Positions 27,130 to 36,899 of a stretch of DNA of 64,000 nt are shown in pieces. Below the pieces are notes generated by a model. It saw nothing but the letters and a program-made list of their open reading frames with translations. It did no database searches and was not told the origin of the DNA. Made by a program: the position numbers and the translations under genes. Within the stretch, counting starts at the first letter, position 1; each line of letters starts with the position of its first letter. This stretch comes from Bacteroidales bacterium UBA4893 (GTDB lineage Bacteria; Bacteroidota; Bacteroidia; Bacteroidales; P3): the NCBI GenBank assembly GCA_002399025.1, contig DHCV01000027.1:1023-65022 (forward strand). The letters are read 5' to 3'.

Positions 27130-29889
27130 TTATTTTGTTATCACAATTTGTTTCTTACCAATAATCTTATCCCCTTCTTTCAAAAGAAGAATATAGGTTC
27201 CATTTTCAAGAGTCGCAATATTGATTTGGGTTTTAGAGTTTAGATTTTCTTTGATGAAAACTGTCTTACCTAATAGATTAACAATTTGTACATCAGCTGT
27301 TTTTCCACTCTCTAAATTTAGATCTAAAGTAAATTCTCCTTTAGAAGGGTTTGGATAAACATTGAAGTTTATCAACTCAGCATTAATATCAAATAACCCA
27401 ATATCTTTAACATAAATAGTTACTGGCGATGTGGTTTTGGAAGGACATGCTCCATTTCTTACCCTAACTCTATATTGGTATTCTCCATCTTCATTTAGGA
27501 TTTCAGAAATAGTTGTTTGTTGTCCAGAATTTTCAACTGGAGCCCATTGTTGAGCTTGATATTTTCTTTGCCAAACAACAACATCTCCAACCTGGCCTGT
27601 GAGAGAAATCTGTCCAGTGGTTTCTGTTTCATTAATGGTATCGAATTCAACTATAATGGTTCCAGCTACAGTTACGGGAACTATTGGAACAAGTTTTGAA
27701 TCTGTAGTGTCTGATTTATCAGCAGAAATTACAACTCTTTTATAATAAGTTGGAACGGTTAGGGTTGAAGGGGTGTAGTCTTTCTTTATCCCTGCATTTG
27801 AAGTAATTTCCCAATTTACATTATCTATACTTTCAAACCAACGATAAGTATATTCTCCGCTACCCCCTTGAGGCTCAGAACCAAGAATTGTTGGCATTTC
27901 TCCTGTTTCGCATGCTGCAAAATTACTATCAACAATAATATTATTTGTTATCGGATCTGAAGTTGTTAAGAATGAGAATTGTTCCCCATAGGCAACTCCA
28001 TTAGCATTTATTCCATAAGCACGGTAGTAATAAGTTGTTCCTGGATTAAGTCCTGCTACTGTTGAATCAAAATTACCTGTTGTTCCAGCAACAATTATCT
28101 TATTATTTGATAATAGTGGGTAAGGTTCAGTATTATATACAAATCCTCTCTCAATTACTGTTGCATCTCCTTGAAGTGAGGTTTGAGATAAGCCTGATAT
28201 TTTGGCTGATGTGTGTGTGATTTGAGTTGGAGCAAAGGTTTGAATTTGAACACCAAGCTCAGCTCCACCATTTACTTTGAAAGAGATATTATCACTATTT
28301 GTAATTTTTGTAATCTCTGTTATTGCTACATTAGAATTTAGATTATCCCATGATTTTAGATTTGTTGTAGTCTGATCTGTTAGTGAGGTGATTGAACTTG
28401 AACCTGGGTAAACCATATTTTTCATGCTTGTATAGTTCCAAGACATTGAGGATTCATTACCTACATATAGACCATCTGCTGATAATAATCTAACGGAATT
28501 CCTGCTTGAGAAACAATTTAGACAATTGTCAGCCCATCCTAATCCATTTGCAGACTCATCTACATGAATTGCAATCATTCCACTATTGCCTCCGCCTTCC
28601 CAATTTCTATAGTTTCTTATTGAATAATGCAAATAATCGTTCCATCCCAAATAACTTAGATTTTCTAATAAGAAGTATTCACCTTCATTAGGAGTATTAA
28701 TTCTATAAACTATCCCTGAATCTGATGAAGGAATTGAAGTAATATCCATTAGCATTGTTGAATCAATAACATAAGGAGATGCCCAACCCAAGAATACTTT
28801 AGAATAAGCATTATATAATGGAGGAGTTTTCTCACTATTATTATATGCACCTTCATCCATTACTTCAAATGTTGAAAAGGTTTTTGAAATTCCATTTAGA
28901 TTATAGTCAGTATCATAATAGTCCAATAAGCCCAAAACATGACCAAACTCGTGAATATGTACTCCAACTCCTGAAATTGAGTTAGATGAATTTTTTTCAG
29001 AAGCACATGAATAGTCAATAATTCTTACTTCATCTAAAATCAAAGGAGGATTTAGTTTTGAACGATGAGCCCAAATTGCATTAGCACCACCTCCATTATG
29101 TTGACCCTTACCTGCATAAACAACATGAATACCGTCAACAATAAGATTTGCGTCATTATCAAAAACACTAAAATCTATAATTGAATCAGCAGCACGACAA
29201 CCATCAATAATCATCTGTCTTGCATTAACATCGTTTTGAGTAGTTGTTTCAGCCCCATAAAATGCTCTTGTGTTTTGTAAAACAAAAGGTCCAACAACAG
29301 TACATTGAAGATCTAATTTACCATAAGAATTAGCTAAAAAATAATCTCTAACACTTCCTGTACTTTGATTGGCTGAATAATTAATTTGATTAAAAAGATT
29401 CTCGAAATCCTGTCTTGAAAATGTAAATGGGAAATCAGAAAATCCAACTAAAATTACTAAGAGTTTTCTAATCCCAATGGTTAAACCTTCTGTTCCTTGT
29501 GCTTTTGTGTTATCTAACATCTCTGTCATTTGAAGCATTAGGTCTATTTGAGATTTAGAATATCTTAATTTCTTTTGAATGGTTAATAAGAAATTAACGT
29601 CAGATATTGAACGTTCATTTTGAGATTTAGCCATAATTCCAGAAGGAATCAAATCTCCTTCTTGATTTTTCATCGCATATTCAAGATACCCCTGTTTGTT
29701 ATACATTAAAGTATAGTTATCTTCTGACTCAACCCAACTTATTCTCTCATCTCCAAAAAGATAAGCAGAAACCTCTGTTCCATTTGGTTGAGAAAGCTGA
29801 ACCAATCCTCTATAGGCAGGAACAGCTACGCTAATTTGTGAAATTAGCAAAATTGCTATAAAGAGCAATTGTGTAAACACTTTTTTCAT
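27130..29889 (-). CDS. M6-family (immune inhibitor A-like) zinc metalloprotease with Fn3-like and Ig-like domains and a T9SS C-terminal sorting domain
   Basis: 919-aa ORF with a signal peptide and the M6 N-terminal signature VPAYRGLVQLSQPNGTEVSAYLFGDE. The zinc site is HIHEFGHVLGL, and there is a YYYRAYGINANGVAYG Fn3-like module. The tail FNVYPNPSKGEFTL...IVITK is T9SS type. Confidence 0.85.
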   Translation of the reverse strand: MKKVFTQLLFIAILLISQISVAVPAYRGLVQLSQPNGTEVSAYLFGDERISWVESEDNYTLMYNKQGYLEYAMKNQEGDLIPSGIMAKSQNERSISDVNFLLTIQKKLRYSKSQIDLMLQMTEMLDNTKAQGTEGLTIGIRKLLVILVGFSDFPFTFSRQDFENLFNQINYSANQSTGSVRDYFLANSYGKLDLQCTVVGPFVLQNTRAFYGAETTTQNDVNARQMIIDGCRAADSIIDFSVFDNDANLIVDGIHVVYAGKGQHNGGGANAIWAHRSKLNPPLILDEVRIIDYSCASEKNSSNSISGVGVHIHEFGHVLGLLDYYDTDYNLNGISKTFSTFEVMDEGAYNNSEKTPPLYNAYSKVFLGWASPYVIDSTMLMDITSIPSSDSGIVYRINTPNEGEYFLLENLSYLGWNDYLHYSIRNYRNWEGGGNSGMIAIHVDESANGLGWADNCLNCFSSRNSVRLLSADGLYVGNESSMSWNYTSMKNMVYPGSSSITSLTDQTTTNLKSWDNLNSNVAITEITKITNSDNISFKVNGGAELGVQIQTFAPTQITHTSAKISGLSQTSLQGDATVIERGFVYNTEPYPLLSNNKIIVAGTTGNFDSTVAGLNPGTTYYYRAYGINANGVAYGEQFSFLTTSDPITNNIIVDSNFAACETGEMPTILGSEPQGGSGEYTYRWFESIDNVNWEITSNAGIKKDYTPSTLTVPTYYKRVVISADKSDTTDSKLVPIVPVTVAGTIIVEFDTINETETTGQISLTGQVGDVVVWQRKYQAQQWAPVENSGQQTTISEILNEDGEYQYRVRVRNGACPSKTTSPVTIYVKDIGLFDINAELINFNVYPNPSKGEFTLDLNLESGKTADVQIVNLLGKTVFIKENLNSKTQINIATLENGTYILLLKEGDKIIGKKQIVITK

Positions 29890-29900
29890 AATCTATCTAT

Positions 29901-32900
29901 CTATTTATTAATTATTATAATTTTTGTCATAATCATGTCTTTATTCTTTAGAACTAAAAGATATGATCCTATTCGAATAGGATTAAGGTTAACTCTATTA
30001 TCTCCAATATTGAGAACTTGGTTATCTATGGTTTTAATCTCCTTTCCATTAATGTCATAAAGACTAAGCTTCCCAACAAATACTTCATTGCTTGTATAGT
30101 GAATATTAATTTCTCCTGAAGAAGGGTTTGGAGATATGGTAATACTATTGCCTTGATCAATAACCTCATCTAAACCTATATCTTTTTTTACATAGGTCCA
30201 GTCCTCTCCTGAAATTTCTTCAGCACAAACTCCACTTGTTACTCTAACTCTATAAAAATACTTCCCAATTTCTCTTGGAGAATCCTCTATCCAATTGCTG
30301 TTTGGTGCTGAAGTAAGCTCTTCCCATGAGAAGTTTAGTTTCTTCCTTTCCCAAATGAATCTATCTCCTACATAAGCCCTTAATTCCATATTAAGGGTGT
30401 CATTTAAGTTTATTGTATCTTGAACCCTAAAGACATTTCCTGCTCTTGTTCGAGGAGAAACATCAATTTTGACTGCGTTACTTGTATCTGAAACTAATCT
30501 TGAAAATACAATTCTTTTATAGTAATTGGTTTGTACTGCTCTAAATGATAAATATGATGGTAAGATTCTTAAATCTGGATCTGAGGCTAATTCCCAATTG
30601 ATACTATCTGGACTTTGCAACCAAAGATATGAGTAAGTACCATTGCCTCCTGTTGGCGATGACCCTTGAAGACTTTGAGTTACAGAATAATAACAAACAT
30701 TCTGATTGCCAGTTATTGTATTATTAAAAATAGGCGTTGGGGGAGTAATAATTAAATAATCTGATCCATAACTTGTTCCAAAGCTATTGGTTGCATAGGT
30801 TCTTACCCTATAAGTCGTTTCAGGAGAAAGATTAGTTAGGGTTGTTGAAAACTGTCCAATTCCACTCCCTACTTGAAGTTTCGAATCGGTTATTTCTGGC
30901 ATAGAACTATCAATGGTCCAGCAAACACCTCTGTCCGTAACAGGACTTAATCCTACATAAACAACCTCTCCTTCTAATTGAATGCTATTATGCGAAGCAA
31001 GAGTTGCTGATAAGGTTTGAACTAAAGGAGTTTGCAAAATTGCATTGATTTCTATGTTGTCAATATAAATTGCACTTCCATTTTGCGAAACTGCTTCAAA
31101 TGCCAAATAATAATTATCTGTTGGAGTTGGTAGATCAATTGAGTCCAATGTCCAATCAGATGTTGAGGACAAATATGTTCTTAGACTGTTCCAAGTTCCA
31201 TCAATTCCTATTTTATAATAAACTATTAATGTATCATTTGAATTTGGCTTTTGATACCAAAATCCTATCTTTGTGTTTGTATGATTTTCAAGATTAAGAA
31301 GAGGAACAATAAGTTTTGATTTGGCATTTATATTTGGAGCAAACCTAAAGAAATTAGTACCATCCTGTGGATTAACTGTTCCGTCCTGCGCTACTAATTC
31401 CCAATAATTTTCTCTCACAAAACAATTGCTGTCAGAGCTTTCAGTAATGAATTGATATGGGAATGAATTTATCCTTTGACATTTTGTGTATGCTTCGAGT
31501 TGTTCTCCATAAGAAATCAACCCTTGATTGATTGCGTATGCCCTAAAATAGTACTTAGTGTTAGATAATAAATTACTTGCAGTTAGATAATACTGCCCTA
31601 AAGTATTTCCGGTTGAAAGATGATTATCCTCAATTGTAGGATTAGGGTTTGTGCTATAGACAATGCCCTTTTCTGATATAGATGTGTATCCTTGTGAAAG
31701 GAGATTTGAAGATACCCTTATTGACACATCTGTAATATTATCTAAAGCTAATGTTTGAACAGAAGGATAGGCAGCCAAATTTGCTTCTCCAATCTCAACA
31801 TTATCAATGCAAATTCCATATCCAGAATATAACTCACTTTCAAAGGCAATATAGTAGGTATTGGATTTAGAAGGTAGGGCAATTGAATCTTTTGTCCATT
31901 GTGGATAACTAGTGAAGTTATAGGATTTCAATACTTGCCAATTATTTGTTGGAGATGTCTTGTAGTACACTTTTATACCATCCTGAAAATCGCCTTGTGG
32001 TTCTGCAGCAAAATAAAATTTTAAGTAGGGTTGGGAAAGGACTGAAATATTTAATGGAGGAGTTATTAGTTTTCTCGTTTGTGCAGTTGGTGATTGTGAA
32101 GAAATATGTGCAAATTTTAAACCATCTTGTGCATCTGAAATACCATCTATTTGTGATGTGTCTTTCGTTTGCCAAATATTTGATTGGAATGCGCTTCCTT
32201 CTTGCGACCAACAATTAAGAGATGAAACAGTTTCAAAACTATTTATATAAGGGAAAAGATTAATAGGACTACATGTTGTTTTTACTTGTATGATTTCGCC
32301 ATAGAAAAAAGCTGATGCAGAATTTTTAACATATGCTCTTACATAGTATGTTGTTGAAGGTTGGAGCCCAGGTATTATTGATATAAAACTATTTACATTG
32401 TCAGTATTAACTATTTTTTGACTATTTGAAGTTGGAATTGGTGAAGTTGAATACAATACTCCTTTTTCAGTAATTTGGTCAGTGGTTTGCGAAACTGTAA
32501 CGCTAACAAAAATTGAATCAGATGTGTATTTTGTTATTGAATTTGTGGTTGCTTGAGGAGCATCTGCAGGGAGAACTCCATAATCAAAACTAATATTCTT
32601 TGTAATACTGTTTTCTTTTATTCTAAAGATTGGCTTATTAAGTTGAGAATAGTTATTTGAAAGGCTATTGGGATTGGTATTGTCTGTAAAGTTTTGAATA
32701 TTACTTGTGCCTGGGAATGTATTACTTGGTCGATTGTATTTAGTTTGTGGATTTGCCTCTTCAATATCAATTCCCATTAATGTTGAATTACAATTCGCAC
32801 AATTACTATTCCATCCTGGAACACTCATATCAATATGAGTTATTATCATTCCGTGACCATAAAGAAATCTATCCCATCCTTCTTTTTGACGGTTTTCTAA

Positions 32901-34136
32901 TACAAAATATTCTGTTGGGCTATGTGCAATTTTATATGCAGTATTATTTGTGTTTAAAGGATGTAGAGTTTTATTACCTACTGGTGTTGAGAAGCTTAGT
33001 TCAACTAAATCCAAAAAACCCATTGAGCTTCGCTGAAAAGCACTCCACAAGCAAGGTGTTTTTCCTCCGTTATTATAATTCCCACTTGCCATAATATCCC
33101 AACCATCTGATGCAAATGCTTGACCATTGTCTTCATAATCTGTATCATATACGTCAGCCAATCCCAAAACATGAGAAAATTCATGACAAACCGTTCCTAC
33201 AACTGGAGGAGTTATGCCATATTGAGTTGTTCCACCAAGCTCTGAAGAACATGCATAATCTTGAACATAAACTCCATCTTTTTGAATTGCAGGATATAAA
33301 CCACTTCTATGAGGCCAGATTGCATTTAGCTCTCCATTGCTATACGAACAGCCTGCATAAATCATATAAACACAATCCACATAATTACCACCGTAGTTCG
33401 CATAGTTTGAATAATTAACATCCTGATCGGCTAAAGAAATCATTTCGGTTAGTAGATTCTTGGCACCTATCATCCCAACTGTATTATAACCATAGGCAGC
33501 TTGTCCTGCACTTGATCTGTATGGACCATAGACATCTGCAATAACTGTTACGTGTCCAAAGGTTGAGGCAGTAAAATAATCCCTTACACTGCCTTCGTTC
33601 CCATTCACATTATATCCCACTTGATTAAAAAGAGCATCAAAATAATCTGCATCGTGAGTAAATTGGACATCAGCAAATTCTGCTAAAAGTACTAATATCC
33701 TCAATTCCCTATTTGTAGATTTGGCTTGATAAAAAGCTTTTAGGAAATTATCAGAGCCCTTAAATTCCCAAATCTGCTTGAGGTAATCTATTTGCTCAGG
33801 AGAATAGAACAAATTTTTGTCTAAACGCGAAACAAATTCTATCTCTTTTGCACTCCTATCCTCTTCGTTATGAGCAATCATTTCTGATGGTTTCATTCCA
33901 CCCTTAGAATCTGGAATTGCATAAACATAATCACCATTCTTTGAAACCATTAGGGTGTAATTGTCAAGAGTTTTTGCCCAATTGACTTTTTCATCTCCTT
34001 TTAGGAATAGATATAACTCAGTATTGTCAGACTGCAAAACAGTTATCTGGAATGGATATGCGGGTACTGCACTTAAATTAGTTGTTTTTAAAACAGCAAA
34101 AATCAGCAATAATATTATAATGAAATTTCTTTTCAT
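29901..34136 (-). CDS. Giant M6-family zinc metalloprotease with three Fn3-like/MAM-like module pairs and a T9SS C-terminal sorting domain
   Basis: 1411-aa ORF with a signal peptide, VPAYPFQITVLQSDNTELYLFLKGDE and the zinc site CHEFSHVLGL. It has three modules carrying the YY(V/F)RAY..N....YG motif. The tail is ITISPNPSSGEINIHYT...IIINK. It lies 11 nt upstream of its paralog. Confidence 0.85.
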   Translation of the reverse strand: MKRNFIIILLLIFAVLKTTNLSAVPAYPFQITVLQSDNTELYLFLKGDEKVNWAKTLDNYTLMVSKNGDYVYAIPDSKGGMKPSEMIAHNEEDRSAKEIEFVSRLDKNLFYSPEQIDYLKQIWEFKGSDNFLKAFYQAKSTNRELRILVLLAEFADVQFTHDADYFDALFNQVGYNVNGNEGSVRDYFTASTFGHVTVIADVYGPYRSSAGQAAYGYNTVGMIGAKNLLTEMISLADQDVNYSNYANYGGNYVDCVYMIYAGCSYSNGELNAIWPHRSGLYPAIQKDGVYVQDYACSSELGGTTQYGITPPVVGTVCHEFSHVLGLADVYDTDYEDNGQAFASDGWDIMASGNYNNGGKTPCLWSAFQRSSMGFLDLVELSFSTPVGNKTLHPLNTNNTAYKIAHSPTEYFVLENRQKEGWDRFLYGHGMIITHIDMSVPGWNSNCANCNSTLMGIDIEEANPQTKYNRPSNTFPGTSNIQNFTDNTNPNSLSNNYSQLNKPIFRIKENSITKNISFDYGVLPADAPQATTNSITKYTSDSIFVSVTVSQTTDQITEKGVLYSTSPIPTSNSQKIVNTDNVNSFISIIPGLQPSTTYYVRAYVKNSASAFFYGEIIQVKTTCSPINLFPYINSFETVSSLNCWSQEGSAFQSNIWQTKDTSQIDGISDAQDGLKFAHISSQSPTAQTRKLITPPLNISVLSQPYLKFYFAAEPQGDFQDGIKVYYKTSPTNNWQVLKSYNFTSYPQWTKDSIALPSKSNTYYIAFESELYSGYGICIDNVEIGEANLAAYPSVQTLALDNITDVSIRVSSNLLSQGYTSISEKGIVYSTNPNPTIEDNHLSTGNTLGQYYLTASNLLSNTKYYFRAYAINQGLISYGEQLEAYTKCQRINSFPYQFITESSDSNCFVRENYWELVAQDGTVNPQDGTNFFRFAPNINAKSKLIVPLLNLENHTNTKIGFWYQKPNSNDTLIVYYKIGIDGTWNSLRTYLSSTSDWTLDSIDLPTPTDNYYLAFEAVSQNGSAIYIDNIEINAILQTPLVQTLSATLASHNSIQLEGEVVYVGLSPVTDRGVCWTIDSSMPEITDSKLQVGSGIGQFSTTLTNLSPETTYRVRTYATNSFGTSYGSDYLIITPPTPIFNNTITGNQNVCYYSVTQSLQGSSPTGGNGTYSYLWLQSPDSINWELASDPDLRILPSYLSFRAVQTNYYKRIVFSRLVSDTSNAVKIDVSPRTRAGNVFRVQDTINLNDTLNMELRAYVGDRFIWERKKLNFSWEELTSAPNSNWIEDSPREIGKYFYRVRVTSGVCAEEISGEDWTYVKKDIGLDEVIDQGNSITISPNPSSGEINIHYTSNEVFVGKLSLYDINGKEIKTIDNQVLNIGDNRVNLNPIRIGSYLLVLKNKDMIMTKIIIINK

Positions 34137-34163
34137 CTATGTAAATTCAATTTATCTAACTCG

Positions 34164-34171
34164 CAAAAGTA
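34164..34171 (-). promoter_or_regulatory. Candidate -7 box (TACTTTTG on minus) for the M6 protease pair
   Basis: CAAAAGTA on plus lies 27 nt upstream of the ATG at 34136. Confidence 0.4.
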
Positions 34172-34376
34172 ATAATAAAACAATAAAAATCAAAATATTT
34201 ACTCTTCAATAATCAATTTTTAACTTATGTACACTCATAAAGTTAAAATGAAGTTATGTGATTTTCATGCAATTATCTTCTTGTCTCCAATTATTATTTT
34301 GACAAAAAAACAACGAAAATCTTAATAAAAAATGAATAATACTTGTTGTAAGGATAGAAGTATAAATTGATTGATT

Positions 34377-34431
34377 AAAACGAAGAGTTAGTAAATTAAA
34401 ACGAAGAGTTAGTAAATTCTTTCTTCGTTTT
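34377..34431. repeat. Two perfect 21-bp units AAAACGAAGAGTTAGTAAATT followed by an inverted half-word CTTCGTTTT
   Basis: The units are at 34377-34397 and 34398-34418, and the inverted word is at 34423-34431. The same 21-mer recurs at 44055-44075. Confidence 0.9.
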
Positions 34432-34511
34432 AAAAATTTAAAATCAAGTTTTAATTTTTGCTTAGAATGTAACTCCAGTAGTAAACTTTATTGCAAAGAT
34501 TATCAAATTAC

Positions 34512-35234
34512 CTATAACAAAAACTCTTTAACTAAATTCTTATAGTCTTCAGTGTAGTTATTTTGCTCGTCTCTAAGTATTATTTCTTTTTCTATAAGAA
34601 CAAATTGAAAATCTTCTTTAATAATAGACTCTTTTAATTTGAGATGTAATACAACCCTTTCACAGACTTTGTTTGGTTTAGAAAATATTTTGGTTCTAAA
34701 AACAACCTCAAACCCTTCATCATTGGCAGAGTGTTCGAATATTTTTGATTCTTTGAAGGGTAGAATTATGGACAAAATCCCATTAGGTGATATAATTCGT
34801 CTGGAATATGAAATCAATTCATTATAGCTAAGTGAAATATTATGACGAGCATTGTTGCGATTTTCTTTAGGGCTTTCCAAACTTGAGATAAAGAAAGGAG
34901 GGTTTGATATTATAAGGTCAAATTTTTGATTATTAGTTAGAACAAAGTCCTCAAGACTTATTTCCTTTGCTACTAATCTTTCAAAATATTTGGAATTTCT
35001 AAAATTCTCACTTGCCTCCAATACTGAATTCTTATCTATATCAATTGCAATTATTTTAGCCTTGGGATATTTTTGAGCCATACAAAGAGAGATTATTCCA
35101 CAACCTGTCCCTATATCAATCATATTTTCCGGAAATGCTTTTGGACTAAGGCAGGAAAGCAATATGGCATCTGTCCCAATTTTCATTGAGCTTTTTGAGT
35201 GGTTTAGAGAAAATTCCTTACAATGAAATTCCAT
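34512..35234 (-). CDS. tRNA1(Val) (adenine37-N6)-methyltransferase (YfiC/TrmN6 family)
   Basis: 240-aa ORF with MKIGTDAILLSC, the SAM motif IDIGTGCGIISL and the catalytic motif ISNPPFF. Confidence 0.85.
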   Translation of the reverse strand: MEFHCKEFSLNHSKSSMKIGTDAILLSCLSPKAFPENMIDIGTGCGIISLCMAQKYPKAKIIAIDIDKNSVLEASENFRNSKYFERLVAKEISLEDFVLTNNQKFDLIISNPPFFISSLESPKENRNNARHNISLSYNELISYSRRIISPNGILSIILPFKESKIFEHSANDEGFEVVFRTKIFSKPNKVCERVVLHLKLKESIIKEDFQFVLIEKEIILRDEQNNYTEDYKNLVKEFLL

Positions 35235-35253
35235 AAAAATACTTCATCTAATA

Positions 35254-35295
35254 AAAAGAAAAACTGCCTAAATAACCAAAAGTTTATTTAGGCAG
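35254..35295 (-). terminator. Rho-independent terminator after the exbB-exbD operon
   Basis: 12-bp stem CTGCCTAAATAA/TTATTTAGGCAG (35264-35275 and 35284-35295). A T-rich run follows on the minus strand (AAAAAGAAAAA at 35253-35263 on plus). Confidence 0.75.
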
Positions 35296-35316
35296 TTGAA
35301 TTAGAATTTTATTTAA

Positions 35317-35787
35317 TTAGTATGTGTCTTTTGCTCTACGAGATGCTGCATACATTATTCTTAATGCACCAACTTGTCGTAATTCTTGTTTAATATCACT
35401 GATATCACCCATCTTTACATCCTTATCACATTTCAATGTGGTTGTAAGGAAAGGAACATCAACCTCATCTCTTGCTGCTCTTTCTGCTTCAATAAATGCT
35501 CTAATATCACTTACTTCAGCAAATTGATCATTAAGCTGAATACGAGGGGCAGAACCAAATTTATTCTCTTCAATCGGCACTCCAACAAAAATATTGCTGG
35601 TTAGAGATTTCTTTTCCAATTTTTGAATTTCTGAACCTTGAGGAACTGTTATCTTTACAAATAATGTACTTTCTCTCATGGTTGAAATAACCATAAAGAA
35701 GAATAGAAACATAAAGATAATGTCCGACATTGAACTTGCATTAAATCCTGGAAGAGATTTTTTTTCTTCTGATTTGAACTTTCCCAT
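35317..35787 (-). CDS. exbD: ExbD/TolR family biopolymer transport protein
   Basis: 156-aa ORF with a single N-terminal TM (MSDIIFMFLFFFMVISTM) and a periplasmic domain. It shares its start/stop junction with the upstream ExbD gene. Confidence 0.85.
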   Translation of the reverse strand: MGKFKSEEKKSLPGFNASSMSDIIFMFLFFFMVISTMRESTLFVKITVPQGSEIQKLEKKSLTSNIFVGVPIEENKFGSAPRIQLNDQFAEVSDIRAFIEAERAARDEVDVPFLTTTLKCDKDVKMGDISDIKQELRQVGALRIMYAASRRAKDTY

Positions 35788-36368
35788 TATTTATTTCCTC
35801 CTATATTTTTTGGTTCAGCTTCAGAGATTGCAGTTGGAATAGCCTTATCAATAGCATCTCTTTGCTCTTCTGTGCAATCTGTGTATGCTCTGCCAAATCT
35901 TGCTCTTGACAATTCATCTTTCAACTCATTGATTGCAGCAGTCAGCTCATTCTGAACCTTGAAATACATATCGTAAGATGTTCCTCTATCATTTTGTAGA
36001 GAAATAACACCTTTAGAAACCTCAAATCTACCAATCAATGGTATATCTGTTGTTGTTTTCTCAGGCAAGTTCTGAAGATTCTGAGGATTTGACAAGAACT
36101 CTTTAGCTCTTTCTTTTAATCCTGTAATCTGTCCAACTTGTCCATCAAATAAAAGCTGGTCTGCACGATTTACCTTGACAGTAAATGTATTCCTCTTGTG
36201 TATTTCAGGTTTTTCAGTTTTATCATCCGATGGCGGTGGCAATCGTCTTTGAATTCCTAAATCCGTATTAATTGATGATGTTAATAGGAAGAAAGTAAGC
36301 AAAAGAAACGAAATATCCGCTGATGACGAACTATTCAACTGAGGAATCTCTTTTTTCTTTCTTGCCAT
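35787..36368 (-). CDS. exbD: ExbD/TolR family biopolymer transport protein (second copy)
   Basis: 193-aa ORF with an N-terminal TM (ADISFLLLTFFLLTSSI) and operon context. Confidence 0.8.
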   Translation of the reverse strand: MARKKKEIPQLNSSSSADISFLLLTFFLLTSSINTDLGIQRRLPPPSDDKTEKPEIHKRNTFTVKVNRADQLLFDGQVGQITGLKERAKEFLSNPQNLQNLPEKTTTDIPLIGRFEVSKGVISLQNDRGTSYDMYFKVQNELTAAINELKDELSRARFGRAYTDCTEEQRDAIDKAIPTAISEAEPKNIGGNK

Positions 36369-36369
36369 T

Positions 36370-36822
36370 TTATTTTAATTTTTTTGCTATTTCTGAATAT
36401 AAAGCAGCTATAACAACACCTATCATAAGTACATAAACAGCATATAGAGAACCTCCAATTAGTTTGGAATTTCCATAACTAGAACCTGTCTTTTCAAACA
36501 ATTCCACTGGGATATCTGTTCCTGATGCAAATAAATAAGTACCTACTAATAGGATTATCATTGCAGCAAATGCAATAATAATTTTCATTTGTTTTTTTGG
36601 ATTGTCCATAAAGCCTTTGATAATAAAGCCTAATGCAAATCCCAAAGCAGAAATAATACTTATAGCTAAAAATATTACAACTGTCCAATAGGATAAATTC
36701 CAAAATAATTGAGCAAGGCTAGTATTATTGAAAAATACTGCATACAAAAAGCTACATAAAGAAGCTAATGTACCCCAAATTATTACGATTATCCAATATA
36801 TTTTCTTAAAATCATTTTTCAT
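36370..36822 (-). CDS. Small 4-TM membrane protein of the ExbB-ExbD operon, function unknown
   Basis: 150-aa hydrophobic ORF between exbB and exbD. This is a common arrangement in Bacteroidota. Confidence 0.6.
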   Translation of the reverse strand: MKNDFKKIYWIIVIIWGTLASLCSFLYAVFFNNTSLAQLFWNLSYWTVVIFLAISIISALGFALGFIIKGFMDNPKKQMKIIIAFAAMIILLVGTYLFASGTDIPVELFEKTGSSYGNSKLIGGSLYAVYVLMIGVVIAALYSEIAKKLK

Positions 36823-36899
36823 TTTTACCTCCTTGGTTTAATTCTTTAGTAAATAAAATAGTTTAATATTTCTTTATGAAGAAATCTTGCTATTAAATA

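Noticed and set aside
31942-32218. ~275-nt stretch inside the 1411-aa protease gene that is open in three frames (the gene frame, a second minus frame and a plus frame, each 90 aa)
   Set aside because: This is unusual for AT-rich DNA. However, the alternative translations are featureless, the segment is not repeated elsewhere, and it aligns with an ordinary module of the protease. It is most likely chance.
36494-36703. 69-aa ORF overlapping the small membrane protein gene in another frame
   Set aside because: It is nested out of frame within a better-supported hydrophobic ORF that fits the exbB-exbD operon spacing.
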